A DNA stretch of 64,000 nt from contig CBDDDG010000010.1 of NCBI GenBank assembly GCA_965226555.1, positions 384,001-448,000 of the forward strand. Reading direction: 5' to 3'. The stretch is from Salinispira sp. (lineage in GTDB: Bacteria > Spirochaetota > Spirochaetia > DSM-27196 > Salinispiraceae). Below, one piece after another: positions 1 to 10,045 of the stretch. Under the pieces are notes generated by a model. That model saw nothing but the letters and a program-made list of their open reading frames with translations, did no database searches and was not told where the DNA came from. The position numbers and the translations under genes were made by a program. Each line of letters opens with the position of its first letter. The stretch's first letter is position 1.

Positions 1-170
1 TCATTGGGTCGGGCAGCGCCGCGCTGAATCTGGGAAAGAAGATCCTGAAAATTCAATCTTCCCCGCTTGAATCCGGTGGTATTAACATTGGAAATGTTAT
101 TACCAATGACATCCATCCTCGTTTGATGATTCTGAAGCCCCGAGACTCCCGAATACAGTGACCTCATCAT
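1..170 (-). CDS. flgE: Flagellar hook protein FlgE (5' part; runs off window)
   Basis: Reverse strand from 170 reads [29 protein letters not shown], the rod/hook N-terminal motif; directly follows flgD. Confidence 0.9.
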   Translation of the reverse strand, partial: MMRSLYSGVSGLQNHQTRMDVIGNNISNVNTTGFKRGRLNFQDLLSQIQRGAARPN

Positions 171-739
171 ACATCGGCCTCCTCATTTTCTGTTGCATCC
201 TGCGACTGACTACTCTCACGGATTCGTGAGACATCGCTCAGATCAAAATATGATCCATTTACCCGCACCTGGGGATATTCTCCGCGGGTAATCTCCTGAA
301 CCCTGCCTGTTATGACATTTCCATTCATAATGACCTCAACGTCTTTGCCGAGCATGGAAGTTGCCTGACCTGCCGAGAGAATTGCCGCAAGGTTCTGAAA
401 ACCGGCGCTCAAATTGGTCATTTGCTCAAGGCTTGAAAATTGCGCCATTTGGGCAATGAACTCACGGTCTTCCATAGGATTGGTCGGGTCCTGGTTCTGA
501 AGTTGGGTAATGAGAAGCCTGAGATAGTCATCCTTACCCAAATTCTGGCTGATCTCCCGACCCTCCACCTGAATTTCCCGGTTAATACTGCGAACTTCAT
601 CCGCAATTCCGGCCTGCTCGGCTTCGCTCAGGAGGTTCTCAAAATTCTGCGCATTTTGCGAATCGCCCAGTTGAACAGATGAGCGGTCAATGCCATTCAG
701 AGTTCTGAATGATGCATCCGCTGATGTAATACCTTCCAT
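167..739 (-). CDS. flgD: Flagellar hook capping protein FlgD
   Basis: [41 protein letters not shown] motif. Confidence 0.95.
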   Translation of the reverse strand: MEGITSADASFRTLNGIDRSSVQLGDSQNAQNFENLLSEAEQAGIADEVRSINREIQVEGREISQNLGKDDYLRLLITQLQNQDPTNPMEDREFIAQMAQFSSLEQMTNLSAGFQNLAAILSAGQATSMLGKDVEVIMNGNVITGRVQEITRGEYPQVRVNGSYFDLSDVSRIRESSQSQDATENEEADV

Positions 740-784
740 AATTTTCTCCCGGAAAATTTCTCTCCGGCAAACACAGGAGCTCTT

Positions 785-2389
785 TCAAGCAAGAATGTTC
801 ACCGAATCAAATTCCCTTATGTATGCCTGCGCCGCTTCAAGTTCCCTCTCATGAGACTCATGGGAGGCCTGAAATTGGCTGTTCGGACTGCTCGTATTTT
901 CGGCAAGCAGATTTTCTCCAAACGATTCATCCTCAAGGTTGATATCCACATTCAGATCGTCAAAGCCCTGCTCGGCAAAGGCCTGTTTCAAATCGTCAAG
1001 AACTTCAACAAAGGCTTCTTTCACATATTTATTTTCGACAAAAATTTTCCCGCCTATACTCTTATCTTCAAGCTGCATACGAATTCGCACCCGCCCAAAC
1101 TTTTCAGGCTTAAGAACAAGGCTGATTTCTCCCGCATTCTGCCCCCGCAATATGTAACGGGCATGACGAACAATGTCGGAACCCAATTGCTGCCGAAACT
1201 GAGCTCTGAACTGATCCATAAATTCCGCAGGGCTCATGGTTCGCGCAGGAGCCTCTCCTCCGATTCCATCCGGCGAAGCGCCCGCTGCGCCCTGCGCGCC
1301 CTGCGCATCGGGAACAAGAAATACCTGAATTTCAGCCGTATTGTTCCGCGGGTTTGCATTGTTCTCCGTATTTTGAAACATGATATTGGAGAAGGTGCCG
1401 TATTCCTTGTTTCCCTGTTGATTTTCATTGCCGGAGAATGCGAGCGCAGGGAGCGGGGAATCTTCTGCGTTCCCGGAGGAATGCTCAATGTCGCTGGCGC
1501 CCTCTGAATTATGTTCCAAACGATTAGCCTGATGGGCAGAAACCTGACCTGAAACGGGGCGGCGGGTAGAAGACTGACGCGTAGCTGCATGGCGGGACTT
1601 TGCCTGACCTGAAGCAGGCTCTTTCTGCTGTTTCAGAAACGAAATTTTCCGATCTTCGGTTTTGTGATCGAAAAAGTGCTTTTCGCCTTCTCCATTTTCT
1701 TTCGAAAAAGATTCATTGCCCATGGTATTCTGCGGATCGGATTGATTTTTTTCCAAAACGGAATTTTTATCGGCACTGGCGGTTGCATCAACAATTTTTT
1801 CAGAATTGGCGGTTCCGACGGTTCCTGCCGCGCTGGCGGTTGCATCAACAATTTTTTCAGAATTGGCGGTTCCGACGGTTCCTGCCGCGCTGGCGGTTGC
1901 ATTGGCTGCTGCCGCGCTGAGCGGCGCTGCGGTTTCGTTGGCTGCTGCGGCGCTGAGCGGCGCTGGGGGTTCGTTGGCTGCTGCCGCGCTGAGCGGCGCT
2001 GGGTTTTCGTTGGCTGCTGCGGCGCTGAGCGGCGCTGGGTTTTCGTTGGCGGTTTCATTGGCGGAATTGCTTTTCGCGGTAAAGGTTTTTACTGCTGCGG
2101 CCGACCCAGGTTCTTCGCCATCCGCTTTGATCGGGATATCGGTTTTGTCATGCGGTGTTGTTTTTTCAGCGCCATACTGCTGCGCTTCCTTAAATTCCCT
2201 ATCATCCTCGGGTGCGGGAATCGCTGGTTCAGAAAGCGGGGGCTGGGGAAGATTTTGCAGCGTGTTCAGATAATCGGCGAAGCTGTACGCGGACTCGGGC
2301 GCCAGATCGGGATAGGTATGCGGAGTGAAATAGGAACGATCTGCGGCAAAATAATTGAGACTATTATTGAGATTGGCGAGGTACTGCAT
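785..2389 (-). CDS. fliK: Flagellar hook-length control protein FliK
   Basis: C-terminal GEISLVLKPEKFGRVRIRM domain, low-complexity N-terminus, position before flgD. Confidence 0.85.
   Translation of the reverse strand: MQYLANLNNSLNYFAADRSYFTPHTYPDLAPESAYSFADYLNTLQNLPQPPLSEPAIPAPEDDREFKEAQQYGAEKTTPHDKTDIPIKADGEEPGSAAAVKTFTAKSNSANETANENPAPLSAAAANENPAPLSAAAANEPPAPLSAAAANETAAPLSAAAANATASAAGTVGTANSEKIVDATASAAGTVGTANSEKIVDATASADKNSVLEKNQSDPQNTMGNESFSKENGEGEKHFFDHKTEDRKISFLKQQKEPASGQAKSRHAATRQSSTRRPVSGQVSAHQANRLEHNSEGASDIEHSSGNAEDSPLPALAFSGNENQQGNKEYGTFSNIMFQNTENNANPRNNTAEIQVFLVPDAQGAQGAAGASPDGIGGEAPARTMSPAEFMDQFRAQFRQQLGSDIVRHARYILRGQNAGEISLVLKPEKFGRVRIRMQLEDKSIGGKIFVENKYVKEAFVEVLDDLKQAFAEQGFDDLNVDINLEDESFGENLLAENTSSPNSQFQASHESHERELEAAQAYIREFDSVNILA
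1776..2050. repeat. In-frame tandem repeats in fliK: 57 bp x2 plus 36 bp x4
   Basis: DATASAAGTVGTANSEKIV x2 and NENPAPLSAAAA-type x4 in the translation. Confidence 0.9.
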
Positions 2390-2430
2390 TAATCCTCCTG
2401 CAGACCTGCGTCCTGTTTTATGGCCCTGTT

Positions 2431-3078
2431 TTATGAATCGCTCTGTAACGGCGGTTTTTCGGTCATCTTACGTTGAACCGCAGCCGCGCGGTCTTCAGGA
2501 AGCAGCGACAGATAGGTCGCAACCAGCGAGAACATTCCCGCCTCCTCGGCAAGTTCCTGAATCGTGCGAAGAGTATCGATCAATAATTGATCATCATACT
2601 CATTCAAAATTGCCACAGCGTCATTCGGACGCATATTGGTCAGATCTATTGCATTCTGAACCAAGCCTGCCTTTCTATCATCGTACCGATTGCGGGTTTG
2701 ATTAAATGATTTTTCACTTTCGGAGAGAATTTCTTCCCGTTCTTCGAGTTGCGACAGGCGTTCCCCGTAGGTCTGAATATCACGGGCAAGGAATTCCCGC
2801 GCAAGCCCAAGCTCCTGCAGCCGCAATTCTATGGCTAATTCACGTTTCTGCAGTTCCATGGAATCAAGCAGTTCAAAATCGGAATAGTCCACCCTCACCG
2901 ATTCCTCGGGAATAATTCCCACCGACTGCATAAAAGATCGAAATAGCGAACCTGCGTTAACAATGCCCAGAACGTCAAACCATATCAGCCCGCCGATAAC
3001 AAGCACAACAATCAACATGACCAGCATAAGTATAATGGGAACATTCTGCCAAGGAACCCATATTCTGCCCCTATTCAC
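2431..3078 (-). CDS. Spirochaete flagellar membrane-anchored coiled-coil protein (FlbB/MotE-like)
   Basis: N-terminal TM helix, coiled coil, MRPNDAVAIL motif; lies between fliJ and fliK. Confidence 0.7.
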   Translation of the reverse strand: MNRGRIWVPWQNVPIILMLVMLIVVLVIGGLIWFDVLGIVNAGSLFRSFMQSVGIIPEESVRVDYSDFELLDSMELQKRELAIELRLQELGLAREFLARDIQTYGERLSQLEEREEILSESEKSFNQTRNRYDDRKAGLVQNAIDLTNMRPNDAVAILNEYDDQLLIDTLRTIQELAEEAGMFSLVATYLSLLPEDRAAAVQRKMTEKPPLQSDS

Positions 3079-3520
3079 TCATTCCTCCCGATCCCGCTGC
3101 CTGAGATGTAACAATATCATCAATTTCTCTATCGTCCGCCTTCATGCGGAGCTTCTGATATTCCTTCCACTGTCTGTCCCGAATTGTCTCCACAGCGCGA
3201 CATTCCTGCAAAGCCTTTCGGTACCCGGCGCGGATGCGCTCTCGTTCATCATCCGCTAAGCTGTATTCTTCTTCACATGCCTGAATGGTGCTTCTGATTC
3301 TCTGTGCATAGCGCTCACGGGCATGATAATAATTCATATCCAGCGATTCCATCGTGGTCGCCGCAACGGTATGCAGTTGTAGTTCTTCATGAAAATTCTG
3401 TATGCGCGTTCTAATGCGATTACAGCGTCTGCTTACTTCACCAAGCTTCATACGCCACTGCTCCTCTTTATGCTTATTCAGGCTGAGCAGCGATTCAAGA
3501 CGAAATGAAAATTTTTTCAT
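3071..3520 (-). CDS. fliJ: Flagellar export protein FliJ
   Basis: MKKFSFRLESLL N-terminus, 149 aa coiled coil, follows fliI. Confidence 0.9.
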   Translation of the reverse strand: MKKFSFRLESLLSLNKHKEEQWRMKLGEVSRRCNRIRTRIQNFHEELQLHTVAATTMESLDMNYYHARERYAQRIRSTIQACEEEYSLADDERERIRAGYRKALQECRAVETIRDRQWKEYQKLRMKADDREIDDIVTSQAAGSGGMSE

Positions 3521-3542
3521 CGTTCCTATTCATCTCCTTTCA

Positions 3543-4955
3543 TCAATTATAGGTCAGCGGAACATTGTGCGGAGCTGATTTTCGCAGAGATTCCTGTGCC
3601 AAGGCCGAAGTTCGCAGGGCATCATGTGTCGGCGCAGGCTCTCCAACCATCATTTCAGAAAGAGCCCGATATGTTTCTTCCAGAGTAGAACATTCGGCAA
3701 TTTCCTGTTTGAGAAAATCGTTAAACTCCCCGTTTCGCCGTATCGCCTCATCAAGAGTGGGATTCGTTCCTGCCGTATAGGCGCCGATATTGATGAGGTC
3801 CTCATTGTCCCGATAGAGCGATATCAATCCTCTCACATACCGAGCCGCGCGCTGAATTTCAGGAGTAGTTATCTTCGTTGCGAGACGGGAAACCGATTGC
3901 AAAATATCAACAGCCGGATAGTGATTGGACTGAGCAAGATGTCGGCTCAATACCACGTGTCCATCGAGAATTCCCCGAATGGTGTCGGATATCGGCTCAT
4001 CCAGATCATCTCCTTCAACGAGCACCGAATAAAAGCCGGTAATTGTCCCCTTCTCCGAGGTACCGCAGCGCTCCAGTAGCGCAGGGAGCACGCTAAAGGT
4101 GGATGGGGGAAACCCGCGGGTCGCGGGAGCCTCGCCGGTAGCCAGACCAATTTCCCGCTGGGCTCGCGCAAAGCGCGTAATCGAATCGAAAAGCAGCATG
4201 ACATCTTTACCCTGATCCCGAAAATACTCGGCAATGGCGGTTGCGGCATAGGCTCCTTTCAGGCGGGCAGCCGGGGGAGTATCGCCCGATGAAACAACAA
4301 TAACCGAACGCCTGAGTCCTTCCTCGCCCAAATCCTGCTCAATAAATTCCCGAACCTCACGCCCCCGCTCTCCTATGAGCGCGATAACATTAACATCGGC
4401 CGATGTATTCCGCGCAATCATACCCAAAATAGTCGACTTACCTACTCCCGAACCGGAAAAAATACCCATACGCTGACCCTTGCCCGTCGGTATAAATCCA
4501 TCTATTGCGCGAATACCCGTCGCAACCTGCTCACTGATGTTCTTCCTGTTAAGAATGTCGGGCGAATGAGCCATTAGCGGATAAAAATCATCCGCATACA
4601 GTGGTCCCTTATCATCCATGGGCTCTCCAAGCGCATTAAGAATCCTGCCGAGCATGCGCCCGGACACGCCGACATGCAACGATTCATTCGTTGCCCTCAC
4701 CAGCGCCCCCACCTCCACGCCTTCACAGGCAGAAAACGGCATGAGCTGAACTGTTTTGCCGCAGAGTCCAACAGCCTCCGCAAAAATTCTGCCATGCGGG
4801 AGTTCTATTTCGCACATTTCTCCAATAACAACCGGAGGCCCCACACTCTCAATGAGGAGGGCCTGTACCTTTTCCACCCGCCCGATGAACTGAATTGTTT
4901 CAAGATTTTTCACTTTTTCAATGTATCTGGCAAAGTGCTCCATTGCTTCTCCCAT
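3543..4955 (-). CDS. fliI: Flagellar export ATPase FliI
   Basis: GIFSGSGVGKS Walker A, GERGREV, DSITRFARA motifs. Confidence 0.97.
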   Translation of the reverse strand: MGEAMEHFARYIEKVKNLETIQFIGRVEKVQALLIESVGPPVVIGEMCEIELPHGRIFAEAVGLCGKTVQLMPFSACEGVEVGALVRATNESLHVGVSGRMLGRILNALGEPMDDKGPLYADDFYPLMAHSPDILNRKNISEQVATGIRAIDGFIPTGKGQRMGIFSGSGVGKSTILGMIARNTSADVNVIALIGERGREVREFIEQDLGEEGLRRSVIVVSSGDTPPAARLKGAYAATAIAEYFRDQGKDVMLLFDSITRFARAQREIGLATGEAPATRGFPPSTFSVLPALLERCGTSEKGTITGFYSVLVEGDDLDEPISDTIRGILDGHVVLSRHLAQSNHYPAVDILQSVSRLATKITTPEIQRAARYVRGLISLYRDNEDLINIGAYTAGTNPTLDEAIRRNGEFNDFLKQEIAECSTLEETYRALSEMMVGEPAPTHDALRTSALAQESLRKSAPHNVPLTYN

Positions 4956-4984
4956 ACGGCTACGCTGATCGAAGGCGGCGCATC

Positions 4985-5040
4985 CTAGGCTGGTCGCGCT
5001 TCAGCGCTGCTCGCCCAAGCATCCTGCCCGCCATGCGTTG
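4985..5040. repeat. GC-rich dispersed repeat (family 2) copy between fliH and fliI
   Basis: GGCTGGTCGCGC...GCTCGCCCAAGCATCC...CGCCATGCG also at about 20.1, 24.5, 26.3, 29.6, 45.2 and 48.4 kb. Confidence 0.7.
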
Positions 5041-5967
5041 TCATCTTTTTTTCAATTTTGATGACTGAGTAATCGGCGCAATTTTTTTTATTGAATCTTC
5101 AATCTTCTTAAGCTGCGAATGAATTCGGGCATCGATGTTGCCGAAATCCGTTTCAATAATTGCCCCCCCGGGGTCCACAGTGGAATCTTCCATAACAGTA
5201 ACATTGTTCACCCGCTCAATGCGTTCAATGAACTTTTCGGCATACGCGCTTGTTATCTTCAAATCTTTAAAATTTACCCGAATGACCACATCGGCTCGCG
5301 CTTTTAACTTTTTGAGCGCCTGTTGTATGGTATTAATAACAACATTCCGCTGACTATCGCTGGTTGTTTTTATTATCTTGCGCGCAATCTGAAAAACGAG
5401 GTCGATGAGCTGGGACTCGCTTTCTTCAAGAATTTCCTTTCTGCGTTCAATGGTTTTGTTGATAATGGTATGCAGATGATTTGTGAGCCGTTCGACTTCC
5501 TCTTTTCCCGATTCATACCCGGCCGCGCGTCCAGCTTCATCGCCCCTCTGCCGAGCCGCTTCCTCCAACTTATCCACTTCCTTACGGGCATCGGCGAGAA
5601 TTTTTTCGGCTTCCGCTCGGGCATTTTCCCGCATTTCTCTCCATTCACTTTCCGCTTTTTCCCGTTCCATCTGCATGGACTCTGTCTGACGACGCGCTTT
5701 CTCCACGGCGGTGATCTCGGCTTCCTGAATAATGCGCTCAGCCTGAGCGCGGGAACTCCTTTCCATTCGCGCCCGTTCTTCTTCCCACTGAGCCTTGAAC
5801 AGTTCGGCCTCTCTGCGGAGATCATCGGCAGTGGGACCTGTGTACTGCTCGGCAGCATCCTCATTTTTTTCAATTTCCTCAACCGGCGCAAGTTCACGAG
5901 TGGAGGCAATGTTCACTACATCTTCTGAAACCCGGAATTCACCATGATGCAGAATGTTTTTTGTCAT
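5041..5967 (-). CDS. fliH: Flagellar assembly protein FliH
   Basis: Coiled coil with GxxxG repeats, EDSTVDPGGAIIETDFGNIDARI; start chosen at MTKN after GAGGAG. Confidence 0.93.
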   Translation of the reverse strand: MTKNILHHGEFRVSEDVVNIASTRELAPVEEIEKNEDAAEQYTGPTADDLRREAELFKAQWEEERARMERSSRAQAERIIQEAEITAVEKARRQTESMQMEREKAESEWREMRENARAEAEKILADARKEVDKLEEAARQRGDEAGRAAGYESGKEEVERLTNHLHTIINKTIERRKEILEESESQLIDLVFQIARKIIKTTSDSQRNVVINTIQQALKKLKARADVVIRVNFKDLKITSAYAEKFIERIERVNNVTVMEDSTVDPGGAIIETDFGNIDARIHSQLKKIEDSIKKIAPITQSSKLKKR

Positions 5968-6009
5968 TGATACTCCTCTGCCGTATGCATGCCGCATACG
6001 TGCGCATGC

Positions 6010-7095
6010 CTACACAACCAATTCATCATCACCCGCGCGGGCAACAACAATTTCTCCCTGATCTTCCAACTTGCGGATAATCGCAACAATTTTTTGCTGC
6101 GATTCTTCAACATCCTTCATGCGCACAGGACCCATATATTCCATATCCTCACGCAGAAGCTGGCTGGCGCGCTTCGACATATTACGGAAAATCTTATCCT
6201 GCACCTCGGTATCAACAGCCTTCAGCGCTCGGGCAAGTTCCGCTGTATCTACTTCCCGCATAACCTTTTGAATTGCGCGGTCATCAAGCATGACAATATC
6301 TTCAAACACAAACATGCGCTTTTTAATTTCTTCGGCAAGCTCGGGGTCTTCTTCTTCAAGATTCTCAATAATAACCTTTTCTGTTGATCGATCCACAAGG
6401 TTGAGAATCTCAACAATACTTTCCACACCGCCCGCCGACGTATAATCTTCGGAACTGAGGGTAGACAGTTTCTTTTCGAGCACCCGCTCAACTTCCCGCA
6501 AAACCTCCGGCAATGTCCTGTCCATGGTCGCGATGCGCCGCGCCACATCCGACTGAATTTCATTTGGAAGGCTGCCTATAATAATAGATGCCTTGTTTGG
6601 TTCAAGATAGGCAAGGATGAGGGCAATGGTCTGCGGGTGCTCCTGTTGAATAAAATTTAGCAGGTGGGTCGGATCGGTACGGCGGATAAAGTCGAAGGGA
6701 CGCACCTTTAAGCTGGAGGTGAGCCGATTGATGATCTCCACCGCCTTCTGCGACCCAAGGCTTCGTTCAATCAATTCCCGAGCATAATTGATACCGCCGC
6801 TCGTTATAAAATCCTGCGCCATCATGAGTTCATGGAATTCCGCAAGCACCATATCTTTTTCTTCCGATGTAATGGCTTCCAAACGGGCAACTTCAAATGT
6901 TATTTTTTCAATTTCGTCTTCTCTGAGATGCTTGAAAATTTCCGCAGAAAGTTCACTTCCGAGGGATACGAGAAATACCGCAGCCTTCTTCCGTCCGTTC
7001 AGTTCGCGTTTAACACTGCTCCGCCTGACGCCGATGCTCGCGGGAGCTGCGCTCTGATGCGGACGCGATTGTTGATGAGATTGCTGTTTGGCCAT
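6010..7095 (-). CDS. fliG: Flagellar motor switch protein FliG
   Basis: EHPQTIALILAYL, MFVFEDI motifs. Confidence 0.97.
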   Translation of the reverse strand: MAKQQSHQQSRPHQSAAPASIGVRRSSVKRELNGRKKAAVFLVSLGSELSAEIFKHLREDEIEKITFEVARLEAITSEEKDMVLAEFHELMMAQDFITSGGINYARELIERSLGSQKAVEIINRLTSSLKVRPFDFIRRTDPTHLLNFIQQEHPQTIALILAYLEPNKASIIIGSLPNEIQSDVARRIATMDRTLPEVLREVERVLEKKLSTLSSEDYTSAGGVESIVEILNLVDRSTEKVIIENLEEEDPELAEEIKKRMFVFEDIVMLDDRAIQKVMREVDTAELARALKAVDTEVQDKIFRNMSKRASQLLREDMEYMGPVRMKDVEESQQKIVAIIRKLEDQGEIVVARAGDDELVV

Positions 7096-7098
7096 AGA

Positions 7099-8805
7099 TC
7101 ACTCCTCTGAAAGCCAGGTGCGGATAAGGTGGGCGACTTCTTCCGGCTGTTCTCTTACCATATTGATGATGGCTTCCTGCAACTCAATACGGGATCGCTC
7201 ATCGACCGACATTTCTACTTCCATGCCGGTTTCATCGGCTCTTCTGAGAGCCTCCTCACGCATGGACTGATGCTGCCGCGCGAGCTCTTCCTCTCTCAGC
7301 CGTCTTCGGCGTTCAAGTTCTTTGACCACAATACGGAATAGTATGAACAGTACTATTACTACGATGATGATAATGATAACAACTGGTATTATCTGCTGTG
7401 TTTGAAACTGACGGAGGACTATCTGATCTTCGTTTTGATGTTCGGAGGTCCTGTCGAAGGCAATGGTTCTCACAGTAACCACATCGCCTCTGCTCTGACT
7501 ATAACCAACCGCGCCCTGAATGAGCTCAGTCGCCCGTGAAAGTTCTTCATTACTCACTGAAATATATTCCCGATCAATACGATTATCCGGCAGGAAGATA
7601 ACTTCCCCTTGTTCATTGTACTTCCAGCGCCAAATTCCATCGATGGCAACACCGACCGAAATCCGCTTAATTTCCGGGGTTCCCGTTTCACGGGTAACCT
7701 GACGATTCAGTTCATAGTTTGTTGAATTTTCATTTCTATTATAGGTTCCTACCAGTCCTTCAAGGTCCTGATAACTGGGGGGCGTTTGCCCCTCTACTCC
7801 CGGGGGACCCTGGGGATTAAAACCGCTGCCGGTATATGCCTCATCGAACTCACTCGCGGAGCGGAGGGCATTCAATACCACTTCCCGTTCGCTGAAGGGC
7901 GTTGCCGGATCATCCGGTGTTACAACAATGGGAAAAAACTCTTCGGTTTCAATCTCCTTGTTGCCGTAATCGAGATCAACCTCAATGTTGAGAATTTCAA
8001 TTCTCTCTGTCGTGAAAATTCCGGCAAGCGCCGATGTAATGGCCTTAATATATTGATTTTCGAGGTCCCGCTTGAGATCAAGTTCTCTCCGACTCTGTTC
8101 CAGACGATCCAGACCGGAGAGGTCTTCAAAGTCGTTAAGCGTACGGCCGCTGGCGTCGGCAATGGTGGTATATTCGGCAGTGAGCCCGGGCACGGCAAAC
8201 TGCACGAGTTCCTGAATGCCTTCAAGCTTTGCCCTGTTCCCGGTTATGTCGCTCCCGGGTTTCGGGATAAGTATGATGGATGCGGTAACCGGATCCTGAT
8301 CTTCGGAGAAGAGGGTTTTTTCCGGTATGACAATGGTTACACTCGCATCATCAATATCATCGAGGGCCTCAATGTGCTGAATAAGCTGATTGGTTATGGA
8401 ACGCAGTAAGTTAACATCACGCTCGTAGTCGGTTATCATCCACCGATCCATGTCGAACAGCTCCCAGGCATCGGTATCGCCGGGCAGAAGGCCTTCTGTT
8501 GCAAGAATCGCCCGCGCTCTGAGAGCGGTGGGCCTGTCGTCAACCATAAAAACAAAATTGGAGGTTAATGTATAGGTAATTCCCTCGGCATCCAGACGCG
8601 CTCCGATCTGCTGACGAAGGGTTTCATTCGTAATGCCCTGAGTGAGAACAGGCTCCATGCTGGGGGCAGCGCTGAAACCAATAATTGCTGTAAGTGCTAT
8701 AACGGCGGCAAGTAATACACTGACAAAAATAACACGTTGTATGCTCGACCAGTCTGACCAAACATTCCTGATCGAATCAAACAACTTCTTAAAAAAGTCG
8801 CCCAT
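7099..8805 (-). CDS. fliF: Flagellar MS-ring protein FliF
   Basis: Two TM segments, ASVTIVIPEKTLF...TASIIL, C-terminal LIRTWLSEE. Confidence 0.95.
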   Translation of the reverse strand: MGDFFKKLFDSIRNVWSDWSSIQRVIFVSVLLAAVIALTAIIGFSAAPSMEPVLTQGITNETLRQQIGARLDAEGITYTLTSNFVFMVDDRPTALRARAILATEGLLPGDTDAWELFDMDRWMITDYERDVNLLRSITNQLIQHIEALDDIDDASVTIVIPEKTLFSEDQDPVTASIILIPKPGSDITGNRAKLEGIQELVQFAVPGLTAEYTTIADASGRTLNDFEDLSGLDRLEQSRRELDLKRDLENQYIKAITSALAGIFTTERIEILNIEVDLDYGNKEIETEEFFPIVVTPDDPATPFSEREVVLNALRSASEFDEAYTGSGFNPQGPPGVEGQTPPSYQDLEGLVGTYNRNENSTNYELNRQVTRETGTPEIKRISVGVAIDGIWRWKYNEQGEVIFLPDNRIDREYISVSNEELSRATELIQGAVGYSQSRGDVVTVRTIAFDRTSEHQNEDQIVLRQFQTQQIIPVVIIIIIVVIVLFILFRIVVKELERRRRLREEELARQHQSMREEALRRADETGMEVEMSVDERSRIELQEAIINMVREQPEEVAHLIRTWLSEE

Positions 8806-8874
8806 ATCCCCTCCCAAGAATTGAACACGAAGTCGTATCTCACTATATTACACGGAAAAACAAAAAATGCAAAG

Positions 8875-8975
8875 GAAAAGTTTTGCATTTTGCAAAATTT
8901 TTTATACCTTGAGAGAATCAAGAATAGAAACTTTTGCATTGGAATATAAAGATGAGAGAATTTTCATGGAGAAAC
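8875..8975. repeat. AT-rich palindromic mini-element (family 1), degenerate composite copy
   Basis: AAAGTTTTGCATTTTGCAAAATTT hairpin + TATACCTTGAGAGAATCAAGAATAG spacer + GAAACTTTTGCATTGG. Confidence 0.75.
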
Positions 8976-9785
8976 TTAACTTCCGCAGCTTCTATTGGTC
9001 TGCGCTCTCTCCAGCGCCCGTTCAATGCTCTGTTCAAAAACGGCATATGGTTGAGCGCCGACAATAAGTTCTCCATTTATAACAAAGCTTGGGGTGCCGT
9101 CAATACCGGCTCTGCTTCCTTCGCTCCGGTCGGCAAGAATTTCATCTTCCATGGATGGATCGGCAATACAGGCGTTTATCTGCTCATCGGAAAGGCCTGC
9201 TTCCCGCGCCCAGTTGATAATGCTGCTTTCGGAAAGCTCAGATTGTTGGAAGAATAGACGGTCATGGTATGCAAAGAAGGCAGCATCGCCCAATTCCTGC
9301 GCCACACAGTTCGCCGCTACCGCAGCCGGTATTGCAAGAGGATGATAATTATCGAGCGGAAAATCCTTGAAAACAATGCGGGCTATGCCGGAATCGATGT
9401 ATGTACTCTTTATTTGAGAATAGGCGCCGATCACAAACTGCGCGCAAAAGGAACATTCAAAATCGGAGTATTCAACAATTACCACCGGCGCATCGGGATC
9501 GCCAATGGATGGATCGGACATTGTATCGATGTCGGTGTTCACACAATTGAGCGTATCCGAAGGCGCATTGCCGGGTAATGGGGCTGCAATTGGGGAAGTT
9601 GGGACATTCGGCTCCGCATTGCCGAGCGTACGGTATTCAGCCGAAAAGGTATTATAAAAACGATGCAGCCTGTTAACTCTGGCATTGGTTACCACGGCAA
9701 ATGCAAGATTTGCAATGAGCGCAGCAGCAAAGAGCCAAAGAATAACAGTATTTCTGCTTGATGATGTTTTTTTTGATGTACTCAT
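8976..9785 (-). CDS. DsbA/BdbD-like thioredoxin-fold disulfide oxidoreductase
   Basis: VEYSDFECSFC (CxxC) and GTPSFVING motifs, N-terminal TM. Confidence 0.9.
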   Translation of the reverse strand: MSTSKKTSSSRNTVILWLFAAALIANLAFAVVTNARVNRLHRFYNTFSAEYRTLGNAEPNVPTSPIAAPLPGNAPSDTLNCVNTDIDTMSDPSIGDPDAPVVIVEYSDFECSFCAQFVIGAYSQIKSTYIDSGIARIVFKDFPLDNYHPLAIPAAVAANCVAQELGDAAFFAYHDRLFFQQSELSESSIINWAREAGLSDEQINACIADPSMEDEILADRSEGSRAGIDGTPSFVINGELIVGAQPYAVFEQSIERALERAQTNRSCGS

Positions 9786-10045
9786 GTCTCTACTATAGCA
9801 TATGATTTTTTATGTTACAACAAAGTTTTGCAAAAAGCATGGGATATAAACCCCGAAATTTTTTTCTTGCACATGTTTTCTAAAACTGATAGTATGCCGC
9901 AACCGCAAAAATAATGGCGGGAGACCTCAGAATTTTTCTGAGGATGGATTTTGTGGTTGACAGATTTTGTGAGCGCAAGTATACTGCACTATATTCACGA
10001 GACCGTTGCCGCGCAACTATCTCTATTACTGTGAGGAGTGAAAGT

